Of a stretch of 64,000 nucleotides of DNA, positions 13,203 to 27,303 are shown piece by piece. How positions within the stretch are numbered: position 1 is the stretch's first letter; the number at the start of each line of letters is the position of its first letter. The notes beneath the pieces were generated by a model. It was given only the letters and a program-made list of their open reading frames with translations. It had not been told where the DNA came from and made no database searches. The DNA is taken from contig OX597831.1 in assembly GCA_951406725.2 (NCBI GenBank), positions 17,980,001 through 18,044,000 on the forward strand, read 5' to 3'. Both the position numbers and the translations under genes were made by a program. Origin of the DNA: Octopus vulgaris. Taxonomy: Eukaryota.

Positions 13203-15170
13203 CTGAAAATATTATGCTGATCTTTAAATTTCATTTACAATATGTTCATTTAATATCTTACAATAATTAAATAATATAAACTAATAGAAATTACTAATTA
13301 CTAATTTCCATACGGTACCTGCGGCACTAATCAGACATGTTCGTTGATGATTGTTAGAATTCTCAAATACGGGTTCTACATCGTGCAAGTGTTTTCATTT
13401 GCGTAATGCGTACAAATAGCAGGGACTAAAACTTAATCGAAAAGTGTAATAGCTCCTATCAGCGTTTGCTATATAGGGAGAGAAAATGACGATTATATCT
13501 AATACATGCGTTATTTATATATAACGACAATCTGTTTTGCAATCATTTTCCACCCCGGTAAATGTAGCACGTATTATCGTTTGCAAACACGCATATATGG
13601 TATTATATTAAAACTTCTACTGTGTGCGTGTATTTGTATTGTGTGCGTGTGTGTGTATAATATTATTAAACGTTAGATATATATATAGAGAGGAAATTAT
13701 GCGGATGATTAAATTAGGTACATCGAGTATATCCGATATATTAATAAACCAATTAAAACATATGTATACAAGCAAAATAACAGGAATAAAGAGAGGGAAA
13801 CTTTCAGATGATAATCTTCATGTTATGTATAAATATATCGAAAATTTTATCAATAGTTCCAACCGACAGAGAGTACAGATTTCACAGCAAATTAAAGGTA
13901 TGGAAGAAAGGTGTGATCATCCAAACAGCTGTTTCTCGGGTGTCGGCAATCCCTGATAATGAGCCGGGTATTTCATGATAATATGCGGCCGTATAGGTGA
14001 GACGTATCTCCGTCATCAGGGTAGAGAAGATTATAATGAAGAGATGTTCAACGAATCATTCTTACTCTAGGAAAAAGGCCCGAAATTTTGGGGAAGCGAC
14101 CAGTCAATTACATCAAACCCAGAACGCAACTGGTACTCAATTTACCGCGCAAAGTTGACATCGGCGGAATTTGAAAACAGAACGCAAAGACGACGAAACA
14201 CTGTTAAGCATTTCGTCCGGCATCCTAACGTTTCTTATTTCATTTTTGTCCACAGGGGGTTAAACATACCGAGGACAAAAAAAGGATAGACAAAGTGATT
14301 ACGTCGATTACATCGAACCCAGTGCGTAAAAGGTACTTAATTTATCGACCACGCAAGGGGTAAAGGTAAAGTCGACCTCGTCGGAATTTGTACTCAGAAC
14401 GTAACGGTAGAAGACATACCTATTTCATTACTACCCACAGAGAGGCCAAACAAGGACAGACAAACGAATTATTTCGATTATATCGACCCAAGTGCGTAAC
14501 TGGTACTTAACTAATCAAACCCGAATGGATGAAAGGCAAAGTCGACCTTGACGGAATTTGAACTCAGAACGTAAAGGCAAACGAAATAAGACTAAGCATT
14601 TCGCCCGGCGTGCTAACGATTCTGCCAGCTCACCGCTTGCAGAGAAGTTCAAAGAATGAATTGTTCATTGTTAGCCCTATGCGAACTGCACAATTAATGA
14701 AGTAATCACAATAGTGATGATGAAATGTATCGCTTAACATTGGATGAGACGGACCGCCGTCATCGGCAATGATTTCAGATCTTAATGTAGAGAAGTTCGA
14801 ATAATAACTGTTCATTGTTAGCTTCATGTATAGTGCGCAATTGTCGTGGTAATCACAATAGTTGTGAGGAATTTTACCGACGTTGCTGTAGTTGTATATT
14901 AAGTTTTATATTCAAAGAGTTCTTACTCATTCTGTTAGCATTAATATTATTACTAGCAAAAGATGCATTATTGGTGTCACTCCGAATTTCATACACCGGA
15001 TCGACCTCTACAATAAACCATAGACCTAGACTGGCCTTTTTTACCTGTATGATGAACCATACAGTAGTAGTTCAAACATTATTGAATCACTTTCAAATTT
15101 TCGTTTACCTTACTCTATGTCCATTAAATATCTAAATGCATTTGATACCGTGAGATGCAGAAAGATATAT
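13203..15170. repeat. Paralogous exon A-B intron, duplicated at ~36882-38730
   Basis: Shared strings cgaaaagtgtaatagctccta and cattctgttagcattaatattatt(a/g)ctagcaaaagatgcattattggtgtcact, plus a SINE at the same position. Confidence 0.85.
14058..14640 (-). mobile_element. Trimeric tRNA-derived SINE
   Basis: Three tandem copies of the ggtact.aa...aaagt.gac...cggaatttg...cagaacg unit. Confidence 0.8.
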
Positions 15171-15249
15171 TTCATATCCAAACTATGTTCCCAACTTATC
15201 CTATGATATATACATTGCGTAAGTGAAGAGGTATTCTATTTGGTATACA

Positions 15250-16221
15250 TAAAAAGAGATAGAGATAGATCGACTGATAGCTATATGGATACTAGATATA
15301 TAGGTTGATAGATAGATAGATAGATAGATAAATAGATAGAAAGATAGGTAGATATGTAGTTAGGTAGGTAGGTAGGTAGGTAGGTAGGTACATATGTTGG
15401 TGGATAGGTACATGATTGATATGTAGATGGGTAGATAAATAGATTGATATATACATCGGTATGTAGATATATAAATAGAGAATTAGAAAAAATAGATATA
15501 TAAATAGAAAAATATAGATTGATAGATACTTAGGAAGATATGCCCATAGATAAATATATAGATGGATAGAAAGAGGGAGAATGCATAGATAGATATACAG
15601 ATAGCTAGCTAGGTAGATTGATATATTGGCAGGTAGGTAGGTAGTTGGATAGAAAGGTATGTATGTATATATGTGTGCATGTATGTATGTATATATGTAT
15701 GTATGTATGTAGGTATGTAGGAAGGTAGGTAGGTAGGTAGCGAGGGAGGGAGGTAAGTATGTAGGTAGGTAGGTAGGTGGATGGATATATAGCCAAATAT
15801 GTAGAGAAATTAACAAACAGATATGTAAATAGACATATTGATATATAGAGAAGTTCATACAAAAATATATCGATATTCGATTATGTGGATATGTAGATAC
15901 AGGGATAGACAAATAGAGGGATAGACGTTTAAATGGAGAATTATATACAGGAATAGATCGACAGATAGCTAGAAAAAGAGAAAGATTCGTAGATAAATAT
16001 ATAGATATGTAGATACATAAATAGATAGACAAATAGATACGTTGGTAGATAGGTAGGAATATATGTAGAAATAAATGTAGACTAATAGATAGAGTTAGTT
16101 AAATAGATACATAGATAGATAGATACATAAATATATAGATATAGATGGATAGATAGATAGACAGAAATATAGAGAGCGAGGTAGATAGATAGATAAAGTG
16201 ATATATAGAGAGATAGCTAGG
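15250..16221. repeat. Degenerate GATA/GGTA microsatellite tract
   Basis: Directly visible; similar tracts lie downstream of exon A in every copy (2314-2545, 38730-39370, 53736-53990). Confidence 0.9.
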
Positions 16222-16223
16222 TA

Positions 16224-17492
16224 TCAGATCACCCTATGATTTCTGTCCGATTTTACCTTTTTTTTAAAAATTGAATGACATTTAATAGTATTTTAGAATG
16301 TCTAATGGAATTAAAATTATTTTTATCTATTTGTGTACATTTACACTAATTAAATATTACTTTACAGAATAATGAAATTAAAATTTCTTTGATTAAAACT
16401 CTTTCTAACATGGAAGTATCCAAAGCGCATTTGTGGAATATAATGCTTTATGAGTAAAAAAAAGAGAAACTCTGCAGCCGAAGCGACGCGAAACATACAC
16501 TCAGTTTATGGGAAAGAATGCTTGAATGAAAGAACTTGCAGCAGGTGGTTTGCAAAATTCTGAAGTGGAGATTTCAGCTTTGAAGGTAAAAATCGAAAAG
16601 GACGTCCAGCGGAGTTTGCTGATAACCTCCTTGAGGAATTACTTGATGAAAATCCTGCATTATCAGTTGAAGAATTGGCAATAAGGTTTAGTTGAAGCTG
16701 TCATCGTCTTCAACAAATTGGAAAGATTCCAAAACTTGGAAAATGGGTACCTCATAAATTGTTCGAAAGCAACCGCAAATCTGCTCTTGCCTCCATTCTT
16801 GAGAACTCATTTCACCCTTTTTGGGTAGACTTGTGACTGGTGACGGGAAACGGATCTTCTATCTAATTGTTAAACGTCGTAAACAGTGGCTTGGTAAAAG
16901 GGGAAAAGTTCAACCGAAATCGAGAAGAGAGCTTCATGTGAAAAAGGTTCTTCTCTCTATCTGGGGGGATTGCAAAGGGGTAATTCACTTTGAATTGTTA
17001 CCACCTAATGCAACAATGAATGTTCAAGTCTACTGCCAGCAATTAGAGCGTTTGAACCAAACTTTGAAATAAAAAAACCCGCTGTTGTGAATAAAAAAGA
17101 AGTGATGTTTCCTCGGGTCAATGCGAGACACCACACTGCAAAGATTACTGCGAAGAGCTTGGTAGCGAAGAAATTCCTCATTCACCTAATTATCCCGATC
17201 TACTCCTTCAAACTACCATCAGTTTCGTAGTATACAGAATCATTTGAGGGACATAAATTTCGCAAGCCAGGAGGAGATCGAAACTGACATTTCTTCGCCT
17301 CGGTTTCAAAGTCCTTCGCTTTGATACCAAAAGAGATTTACATTGATGGGATTAAAAAAGCTTGTAAATAGATGGAAGGAAGGCATAGATAATCAAGGAA
17401 AGTACACTGATGATTAAATTCCAATTAAATATGACATATGAACACTTGTTTTCTTTATTCAAAATTCGAACAGAACTTATGGGATGACCTGA
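16224..17492 (+). mobile_element. Full-length degenerate mariner transposon in the copy 2 intron
   Basis: Imperfect TIRs tcagatcaccctatgatttctgtccga / tcgaacagaacttatgggatgacctga with TA flanks; WVPHKL, LVTGDGKRI, KVLLSIWGD and YSPDL-like motifs. Confidence 0.9.
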
Positions 17493-17599
17493 TAGATAGA
17501 GGGATTGATCGACAATAGTTATTGATTTTTTTATCAGTATATGTATGATTTTGTAAAAATATTGTACAATAACTATCATAGAAATAATATATTTCATGC

Positions 17600-17702
17600 C
17601 CACAGTCTTTTCTCTTGAATACATACTCGTAAAATTGAGAAGGGCATGTTTCTCTACCCATATGTTTGCACTCATCCCAAGTGATGTAGGCGGTTGCGGC
17701 AT
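17600..17702 (-). CDS. Cys-rich protein copy 2, exon A: AATAYITWDECKHMGRETCPSQFYEYVFKRKDC(G)
   Basis: Acceptor tttcattttgtag, 103 nt open frame. Donor is GG|gcatga (GC where paralogs have gtatga). 16/33 residues identical to copy 4. Confidence 0.75.
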
Positions 17703-19159
17703 CTACAAAATGAAAGTAAGTATATTTCTTTTTTATATCGTATACTACTACATCGAATTTTATTAGCAAGGCATTACGAAATACATGTTTGATCTTGTCA
17801 TTATTTGCTTTCAACAAATTTGAGGGAAAAGGAAGACACAGGATTTTGAACAATGATATAAATTCTCATAAATGAGTGGTAAGATATTGTCATGCCCGCT
17901 CACCGCTACGTTTATTTAATATTATTTAATAAACGAACTATAATATATATACATATGTATCATAATTAATGTTGACAACATTTTAAGATTACCATAAAGT
18001 AGAAAGTATTATTAAGTCCTTAACTAGATATCACAATGCAAATATTATTATAAGTGATAAAATCAAATTTTAGTTATTAAATTACGTAATATAAATTGTT
18101 CGCTATAGAAAATAACAAACGCCTGTATCTGACTTTAGGAGCGATATTTAAGAGGATATGATGAACGATATATGAATAAATATAATCAGTCACAAGAAGA
18201 AACTATTAAGATACGCTACGATACCTAAAGATAATTCAAGAATTTTATTATTTAAAATGGATAAAGACAATATAGTGCGGCGATTATACATACTGATCAC
18301 CTACTTACTTATGACTACCAAAAATCTTGAGTTATATATTATTTATTTAATAATCTATTGTACCTGTATAATTTTAATTCGTTCGCGATTCAACTCATAA
18401 CATTTTGTTGCAAAATAACTGGTGTCGGTCTTTTGTTAAAATTCATACCCGCAATTTGACGCTGATTATTGCATTTTTAAGGGATATACGTTTTTTTTTT
18501 ATTTCTAAATGTGAAGACAAAAGTATTTTAGCTGCAAATGATATGTAATTAAGCTACAAAAGTAGGAACGTAGACTCAGGTATCAAAATCTCTCTCTCTA
18601 TATATATATATATGTATATATATGACTAAAGCCACCTAACGAAACGATTGGTCAAAACGTTGATGACGTCACGCTACGCTGGACTGACCACCTGACAGGT
18701 ATTATAAAACCCGAACAATCCACAAAACTCACCAGAATAACCCAGCGAATAACCACCATGGGTCATCACAATTGCTCAAGGTAAAAATGAATTCCTCGCT
18801 CTTTCGGGAACATCAATCCTCTGTATTGACTGCTTTCCACCACTTTGATCTGTTTTTTGTATTGAATACGTATCGCCACCGCGGGCCACTGCATCGAAAA
18901 CTTTGAACATATAGCATGAATGAACTTACTTCGAAACTATATCTGAACTTTAAGATGTCTGACTCCGTTGAGTATTGTAAATGAATTTCTTGTGTTTGAC
19001 GGCATGAGCTGTCTTTTTTTATATATAACTTTTTTTGATAAGGTTCATTTCAGGAACTGAAACATGTTATAAAGTATATATAAAAATTAAAAATTGTATA
19101 ATATAGCAGCATTTTCGAACTTCATTTTTTACAAATATATATATATATATATATATATA

Positions 19160-19323
19160 CCGGAGTAACACATAAATGTGAAACAAGGTGGAAAAAAGAG
19201 TACAGAAATACCAGTGGTAGGGTAATATGCTTTATTTAAAGCAGCAGAAAATTCAACAAAACCTGTAACTCTGGGAAACTCAGTGTAACAGGTTTCGTTG
19301 AATTTTCTGCTTCTTTAAATAAA

Positions 19324-19330
<7 letters not shown>
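19160..19330. repeat. Palindromic insert in a TA tract
   Basis: tttatttaaagcagcagaaaattcaacaaaacctgt is inverted as acaggtttcgttgaattttctgcttctttaaataaa. Confidence 0.8.
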
Positions 19331-19380
<50 letters not shown>

Positions 19381-20254
19381 TGTCTGTCTATGTACATATT
19401 TATATATAGCGAGAGAGAGAGAGAGAGAGAGAGAGAAAATGCAAGAACAAGAGATTTTTCTCATCGAATCGCCTGCGTGTTGACGTGCACCTGCTTACAA
19501 GCTTGTAAATTTAATATGTGATACCCTTGGCCAGAAGGGTAGCTTACTGTGTACCCGTTGCTTGGATATACATCGCTGCAAGTGTTCCACTGGCAATGAA
19601 ATAATCATAGCCTGGATATATCGCACTACATTCCTTAACTTATCATATATGTGTGTATGTATGTATGTATATGTATTTTTCATCTGTGTGTATGTGAGTG
19701 TGTGTATGTGTTGATAATTTGAGAAAGTTATATCCTCATTAGAGATTGTATAATGTAATGTATTCCACTGGTTAATCCGTAAGATATAATGCAATATTCA
19801 TTGGTATTTTTTCAGGATTATAAATATCATCAATATTAGGGGAAGCAAGAGAAACGAAGCGGGAATGAATGGATTTGAATAATAATTTTTTTTACATATT
19901 AGAAAAGTATGACATTCAAAAAAATCCACAAGGTTACAAATAACTTAAAAGCTCGTAAAAAAAATTGAAATGCAAAAATACCTTCATATAAGTTTCAATC
20001 ATATCATCTAGTTGTTGGGAATTTCGATTCATTTACTTTAATGCTATGAAAAACAAATACATTTCAAATGCATGATGAGGAATTGTTTGGCGTTGATATA
20101 GAGCTCATAGAAGTTAGTTGATCAGTTTTTCTTTAGAGCTAAGTACAGACTGTTAATGGATAAAAAGTGTAATTCAAATGTTGACAGTGTATTTGTTTGA
20201 TAGGTTTCAAATATTAAAAATATTAAAATAAATAAAATAAATGCACACTTTTTA

Positions 20255-20508
20255 AAGCCTAGCGAGGCCCATGGACCCGGTTTCCCGGTTTCCCTGGTGT
20301 ATGTTTTCCCTAGTATGGACGGGACGCCAGTCCATCGCAGCGTTACTCGCGTTTGCCAGCTGACTGGACTGGAGCAACGTGAAATGAAGAACACAACGCG
20401 TCGCCCGGTCAACTCAAGAACACAACGCGTCGCCCGGTCCTGGAAAGGAAACCAGAATCTTACGATCATGGCTCTGACATCCTAACAACTAAGCCACGCG
20501 CCTCCACA
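20255..20508 (-). mobile_element. SINE (V-domain-like) with internal 24-bp duplication
   Basis: Reverse complement has tRNA-like head ggaggcgcgtggcttagttgttagg and ctgcgatggactggcgtccc core; aagaacacaacgcgtcgcccggtc occurs twice. Confidence 0.65.
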
Positions 20509-22619
20509 TTTGTAAATATAGTTTAAACTATTTATACTCTTATAATTTGAAAACGGATTAATAAGATAAATAGATCAATAAAGTAGCCATAAAAACTCAA
20601 AAATAAGGTACGGACAAAAAAAAATTTAAATGACGGTAAAAACATTAAAACATTAAAAATATAAACAAAATGAAAATAAATAGAAAAAAACTCTAAAAAG
20701 TATAAAATTAATTAAAAAGTAATATAAAATAGAATAAATAAATAAAACAAAATCAGATGAATTATCCCCCAAAATAAAAGAATTCCTAGGCAGTATTGTT
20801 ACTGGTTTAGTGAGAGATCCATATACGAGGGGTTCACTGTGTAGGATGGAGGAAATAATTTCAAGAAGAGACGTTATAATGTGTATCCCTTAAAGATTAC
20901 AATTGAACCGTTATTGATTAGAGTTTGTATATGCATATGGAAAGGCTAATTTTAGATTAAAGCAATTGGGTGCTGGGACTATAAACCTTAAGTATACAGT
21001 GAGTCATATGTGTTTTATTGAGCACATTGATGCAAAGAAAAATAAATACACACACTCATACATACACTTATACAAGCTTGCATATAAGGGTATACATGGA
21101 TATACATAAATATGTGCATATAGACACATACTTATGTATACATAATCCCCCATATTTTTAGGTCTGAACACACATCGAGGGTTATATTTGTACAACAAAT
21201 TTAGTTTCAGATGAATATGGCACTTAAGTTGATGCACCAGAATTTAGTACGGTATTATCCATAAAATTTCAAAGTAAAGCGATTAGAATAAAAAACAAAA
21301 CAGAAAGGATATGCAGAGGTAATGCAGTGCGGCCTTTTCACGCAACTCTGTTTAAATCAAAAATCTCATAAGAATCAAGATTTATTTGAAGCAATAACAT
21401 GGGATTTGCTAAAGGAAAACTGAAATCAAGATATTAGCTGACAATTTAGTCGGCTGGCCTCTAGCAGACCATTGATAACGAAACGGAGGAAATCTTATCA
21501 TGTAGTACTATAGTGAAATATTTTAAGCAATACTAACTAATCAGATGGTATTACTGATGGTGTCAGTGTATATACTGGTATTTAATGAAGGAGTACTTAG
21601 TTAAAGCAATATGCTATGAATTAATTTAACTATAATCTAAGCAGTTTATTTTAAGTAGTGAATTTACCAGTTTTGTTATATATAAGCAAAGTATGAATTC
21701 ATAGAGGTACAAATATTAGATTTCTTGTATAAATAAATAGATAAAGTCTATTAAAAAACAATTAGGAAATAAGATAATCAGGTAGGGCAGAAGAGCATAG
21801 GAAAGGAATAAAATAGCTTAATCACTAAAAACATGATAAAGTATAGGTAGCTTATTAACCACAATAGATAAGAATAGAAAATGAATAATAATTCAAAATA
21901 TACTAAACTAAAAATTATATATTTACTTATATAGCTGGAGTCAATAAAGAGTAATACCTAATATTAGTTAAGGGAATATTTATGTTATGGGACATTCTAT
22001 GTTTACACTAATTTTTTAAAACTAAGGGTTATATTATATGTTTCAGAAGTTATTATTGTAACCCTTACATGATATTTTTAATTTCTTAAGGGTATTTAAT
22101 TAGAAGGGTTACTTATATATAGACCTTTATAAATACTAAGATCAGGAGGGAGGAAAACGTTAATAAAGGGATAAATCAAGTAACTTCTAAAGATCAATTC
22201 AAACAATATTGCCATATTCTATAAAGTTTAAATTTACGGTAGTCAAGAAGATTATTAAGAATGATATTATAACAAAAGGGTAATACTTCTATGAATACAT
22301 TTGAGAATATATCAAATTTTAACACGATACAGACAGAAAGGAAATTACATATAAATCGTTTAATATTTAATCTTATTATTTATCTAAACATTACCATATT
22401 AGAAGTTAACAAAAAGTAGGGAGGAAAAATCTCAATAAAGAATATGGTGACATATTTTCTATTTTTGTAATTATGAGTTACGGTATTGTTTCCGTTGCTT
22501 TATTTTTAAATTCATTTGTACTATTAAGATACTTTATAAATATAGTCATCATTTCAGAACATCCAAATACATTATTAATTACGTCCATTCATTCTCCACC
22601 TTCTTATTCTTGTTTTCCC

Positions 22620-22650
<31 letters not shown>

Positions 22651-23044
22651 AATATATAATAGAAATATTAAAATTACTAAGTCTCTATAAAAGAGATTAC
22701 GGCAGCGTTTACTGGAAAATAATTGTTATCGCCATATTAATATGGCATTCTTATAGATATAAGAATAATCGCTGCCATGGTCAGCTCCATGAGGCCACCG
22801 CCATCAAGATAGCTATTGATACACGATCTGTATCCTTTATAACCTTCGAACAAGACTAGAGACTTAGTAATTTTATTATTTCTATTATTGAAAACAAGTG
22901 GATTTAACTTGAAAAAAAAAAAAAATTAATGAACTATTGAGTTTGGTTTAATGGCCTACCAATGTATACTATGAGTTTCTTTGCCCTAGGAGTCGGGAAG
23001 ACACTCGGCAAGAAATGGAAGCAAATTTGAAAGAAGAAAAAAAG

Positions 23045-23100
23045 TAATAATAATGATAATAATGATAATAAAAATAATAACAATAATAATTATAATAATA

Positions 23101-23164
<64 letters not shown>

Positions 23165-23183
23165 TAATAATATTAATAATAAC

Positions 23184-23215
<32 letters not shown>

Positions 23216-23217
23216 TG

Positions 23218-23296
<79 letters not shown>
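23045..23296 (+). repeat. (TAA)n microsatellite
   Basis: Directly visible; explains the poly-I and poly-L ORFs. Confidence 0.98.
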
Positions 23297-23298
<2 letters not shown>

Positions 23299-26200
23299 GA
23301 GAACACCGGGGACGGAAGAGAACACCGGGGACGTTTAAGATGTTAGAAGGAAAATTCAGAGCTCCGAAATCTATCCACAAAAATCGAAATCAAGGACATC
23401 CTATGGAGCCAAAGTTTTACTAACAAAGAATTGGACTGTAACCGAGTAAGTAATACTAATTGAAATTTATTACTATTTTCGAAACGAAATGATGTATTTT
23501 GACTCGATATCATCTCCGCCTCTAGCGCAACACATGTAAACATGCGTGGAACATCACGATCATCTCCGACCCCAAACACCATGTACAAAGGAACTACGAA
23601 GAAATTAAATGCCACCGATACTATTCAACCCAAGAATAATAATCGAGCGGTACGTACATTAAACTTACAACAAAAAATGTACGAAAAACTACACGTGCGA
23701 AATAATGTGACAACAGAAATAAACGGACCGGTACCCTACGAAAATGACGACCGTCAAAATAATGGGCCGGACGTTGTACCTCATGTCCCGCAAATAAAAC
23801 CCAAAAGACGTAAATGGACACGTGAGGAATACATTTCTATCTTACACGCATACTTCACAGCAGTACTCTACCCAAAAAATGAAAATACAACAACACATAC
23901 ATATAAAATATGGCAGGAAAATAATAGAGATATAGACTTGGATACAGCAATGAACCTTAATAAATTACCTAACGTACGAAGATACATTCTCAACACAAAA
24001 AAATATCAGAAATAGAAATAGAACACCTGAAAGAAAACATACACCAGGAAAATGTAGATAGAAGCCACACAACAATGCCCAATAATATAAACACTGAAAC
24101 TGTAAAACACGAAGACAAACGCAACATTCCCAACAAACACGATGTAAACAACGAAGGGGAGCCTAATGATTATGATAATATAAAAAATAAAATAATCAAA
24201 GAACTGAAAACCACAGAGCTCAAAATGGACCACCGACCATACCTCCCAAGAATCAAAATAAACAAAATAACAACACCTATAAACAGCATAAACCTAGCCG
24301 TCACTGAACTGATTGCCACTGAATAAAAAAAAAGTGATATCACTGAGCTAAATAACCTAATATACGCAGCAGCCACTGCAGCCACAAAATAAGCTGGATA
24401 CTCACCCAAACCCGCCCAAACAGGTGTACCATCACCCAAACGAACCCTGTGGATAAATAACATCCAAAGCAAAATAAAAAAAATTAGAAAAGACCTGTCG
24501 ATTCTTAATGAAATCAGCAAAAAAAAAAAACGCTACTGAGCAACAAAAAGAGAACAAAAATACTCCGCAAATATAACATCACAGAGAAAGATTTGCCTGA
24601 AATAAAAGAAAAGCTGAAGCAAGATATCCTTGACAAAGCACAAAGGATCCGCCGGTACAAGAAACGCCAACGCTTCTTTGAAGAAAACAAAAAGTTCAAC
24701 TCCAACCCCAAAAAGTTCTACCAAGAACTGGGAAAAAATAAAATAGAAGTCACTGCAGCACCAACGGCAGAAGAATTGGAAGAATTCTGGGGAGAAATAT
24801 GGTCGGCGAACGAACAACCAAAAAAAAGGCATCTGAACAACTTTGGACCCCTATAACAACTGAAGAGGTCACCCAGGCACTGCAAAGACTAAGCAACTGG
24901 AAGGCACCTGGGCATGACAAGATCCCCAACTTCTGGTTGAAATATCTAACAGGAATGCACAAAAAGCTGGCTGAAAACTTTAACAACGTACTAGCAGAGA
25001 CAGAGACAATGCCTGAATGGCTCAGGAAGGGGAAAACCATCTTAATTCCTAAATCAAATGAAAGAGAAAAACCAGAAAACTACAGACCAATTACCTGCCT
25101 CACTACTATGTTCAAGGCATTTACTGCAGTGATATCACAAAGGCTGAACAAGCACCTGGACGAAGAAAAACTGTTCCCAGAAGAGCAGAATGGATGCCGC
25201 AAAAGCTCATATGGCTGTAAAGATCAAATAATAATTAATAAAGCCATAACTGAAGACAGCCACAGAAAGAAGAAAGGCCTCAGCATTGCCTGGATTGACT
25301 ACAAAAAGGCGTTTGATAGCATCCCCCACACATGGATCCTCGAAACACTAGCCATTAACAAATTAGCACCAAAAATCATAAAATTCATACGACACTCTAT
25401 GAATAAATGGCAAACAGTCCTACAACTCCAAACAAAAGAGGGACTCATGAAAACCAAAGACATCCCCATTAGAAGAGGAATATTCCAGGGAGACACGCTC
25501 TCTCCACTCCTTTTCTGCTTGGCACTGTCACTTCTATCTGATATGCTAAATAGAACTGGATGCGGATATAAATGTTACGGCAAAACGATCAGCCACCTTT
25601 TATATATGGATGACCTAAAACTATACGCTGCAAATGACAAACAGCTGGAAACACTATTAAAGACAGTTCATGGTTTTACCAAAGAAATAGATATGGAATT
25701 TGGATTAGAAAAATGCGCCAAAGTAACCATGAAAAGAGGAAAACTAGTTAAGAGTAACAACATCACACTAGATAAAACCAATGAAATAGAAGTATTAGAC
25801 CAAAGCCAAACTAACAAATACTTAGGAATCCATGAACTAGATAAGACACAACACACACAAATGAAATAGAAAATAAAAAAAGAATATTATAGACGAGTTA
25901 GATCAATACCAAACACAGAGCTCAATGCTAAAAGCAAGATAATAGGTATCAACACTTTAGCTGTCCCAGTTATAAGTTACAGCTACAATATCCTTAACTG
26001 GACACGAAATGAACTGACCAAAATAGATAGGAAAACAAGAAAAATAATGACAGGATCTAGGATGCATCACCCAAAATCTGACGTAGAAAGACTATATATA
26101 CAACGTATAGAAGGTGGTAGAGGCCTTATACAGCTGGAAAACTACTATAAAATAACCACCATAGGACTGCAAAAATATCTACTTCAGAAGGAAGGAAAAC

Positions 26201-27262
26201 TGATCCAGAGAGCTGCAAAACACGAGCAAAACAAAAAACTGTTCTCAGTAATTAAGGAAGCTGACAAATACAAACAAGAAATCATACTACCTAATAAACA
26301 TGAAGAAGAAGAAGATGATGAAAAAACAACAAAAGCCATAAAACAAATGAAATCCAAACTAAAAATAGAACATCAACGAACCATGATAAATCGATGGCAA
26401 GAAAAGCCCCTTCATGGTAAATACTGGACTAAACTAAACGCAAAAGAAATAGATAAAGAAAAAACCCCGGCATTGGTTGAGAAGCTCAGGACTCAAAGCA
26501 GAGACAGAGGGATTTTTAATTGCAGCACAAGACCAAAGCCTCCCCACCAGAAATTACCAAAAACATGTAATGAAAAGAAATATTACAAGTAACTGCAGAA
26601 TATGTGGAGATGGACAAGAAACAATAAATCATATTATCTCTAGCTGCCCAGTCTTGGCTAAGAAGGAATATATTCACAGACATGACAGAGTTGGAACCTA
26701 CATACATTGGAAGCTATGCCAACATTATGGAATAACAACAGAAAAATGATGGTATAGGCACACACCAGAAAAGGTCACAGAAAACGAGAAAGCAACCATA
26801 CTCTGGGATATGCCGATACACACAGATAGAGAAATTAAGGCCAACAGACCAGATATAGTTGTCAGAGATCATGAAGAAAAAAATGCTTTCTAATTGATGT
26901 ATCAATACCGGCAGATGACAACGTGTCTCTAAAAGAAATGGAGAAGCTCTCAAAATACAAAGACCTGGAAATAGAGGTAACTAGAATGTGGAATCTGAAA
27001 ACAGAAACAATTCCTATCATAGTAGGTGCATTAGGCATGATAAAAAAATATTCAGACAAATACATAACAAAAACACCAGGACTTACAAACACATATGACA
27101 TACAGAAAATTGCACTACTAGGCACTGCACACATCCTACGCAGAACACTTTCCATACAATAACCATCATAGCATCACAACAAATCACAGCACATACCCAA
27201 GACACACAGAGCTGCGCTCGGTAGTGAAGTGAAAGCACGCTATAAAAATAAAACTACTGAAC
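23297..27262 (+). mobile_element. Near full-length R4/Dong-clade LINE (RT plus restriction-like endonuclease), disrupted
   Basis: RKWTREEY N-terminus; RT motifs WIDYKKAFDS, GIFQGDTLSP, YMDD; CRIC...H...C zinc finger, RHD, RPDI and KLSKY; flanked by (TAA)n. Confidence 0.95.
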
Positions 27263-27303
27263 AATAATAATAATAATAATAATAATGATAATAATAATAA
27301 TAA

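Noticed and set aside
15045-15160. Possible C/D snoRNA (ATGATGA conserved in two copies)
   Set aside because: No D box (CTGA) at a suitable distance, and it is antisense to the host gene.
15292-16032. Long YLSI/YIYI ORFs here and elsewhere
   Set aside because: Translations of GATA and TA repeats.
19548-19612. Exon-like segment with cag acceptor and gtaagc donor
   Set aside because: Not conserved at the homologous position in copies 3 and 4, and it gives no signal peptide.
21300-22620. AT-rich region partly shared with ~63500-63700
   Set aside because: Homology is visible but I could not read a coding or element identity, so it is treated as shared intron or old repeat.
22986-23380. Poly-I/L/N/Y ORFs (also 29976-30418)
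   Set aside because: Translations of (TAA)n microsatellites.
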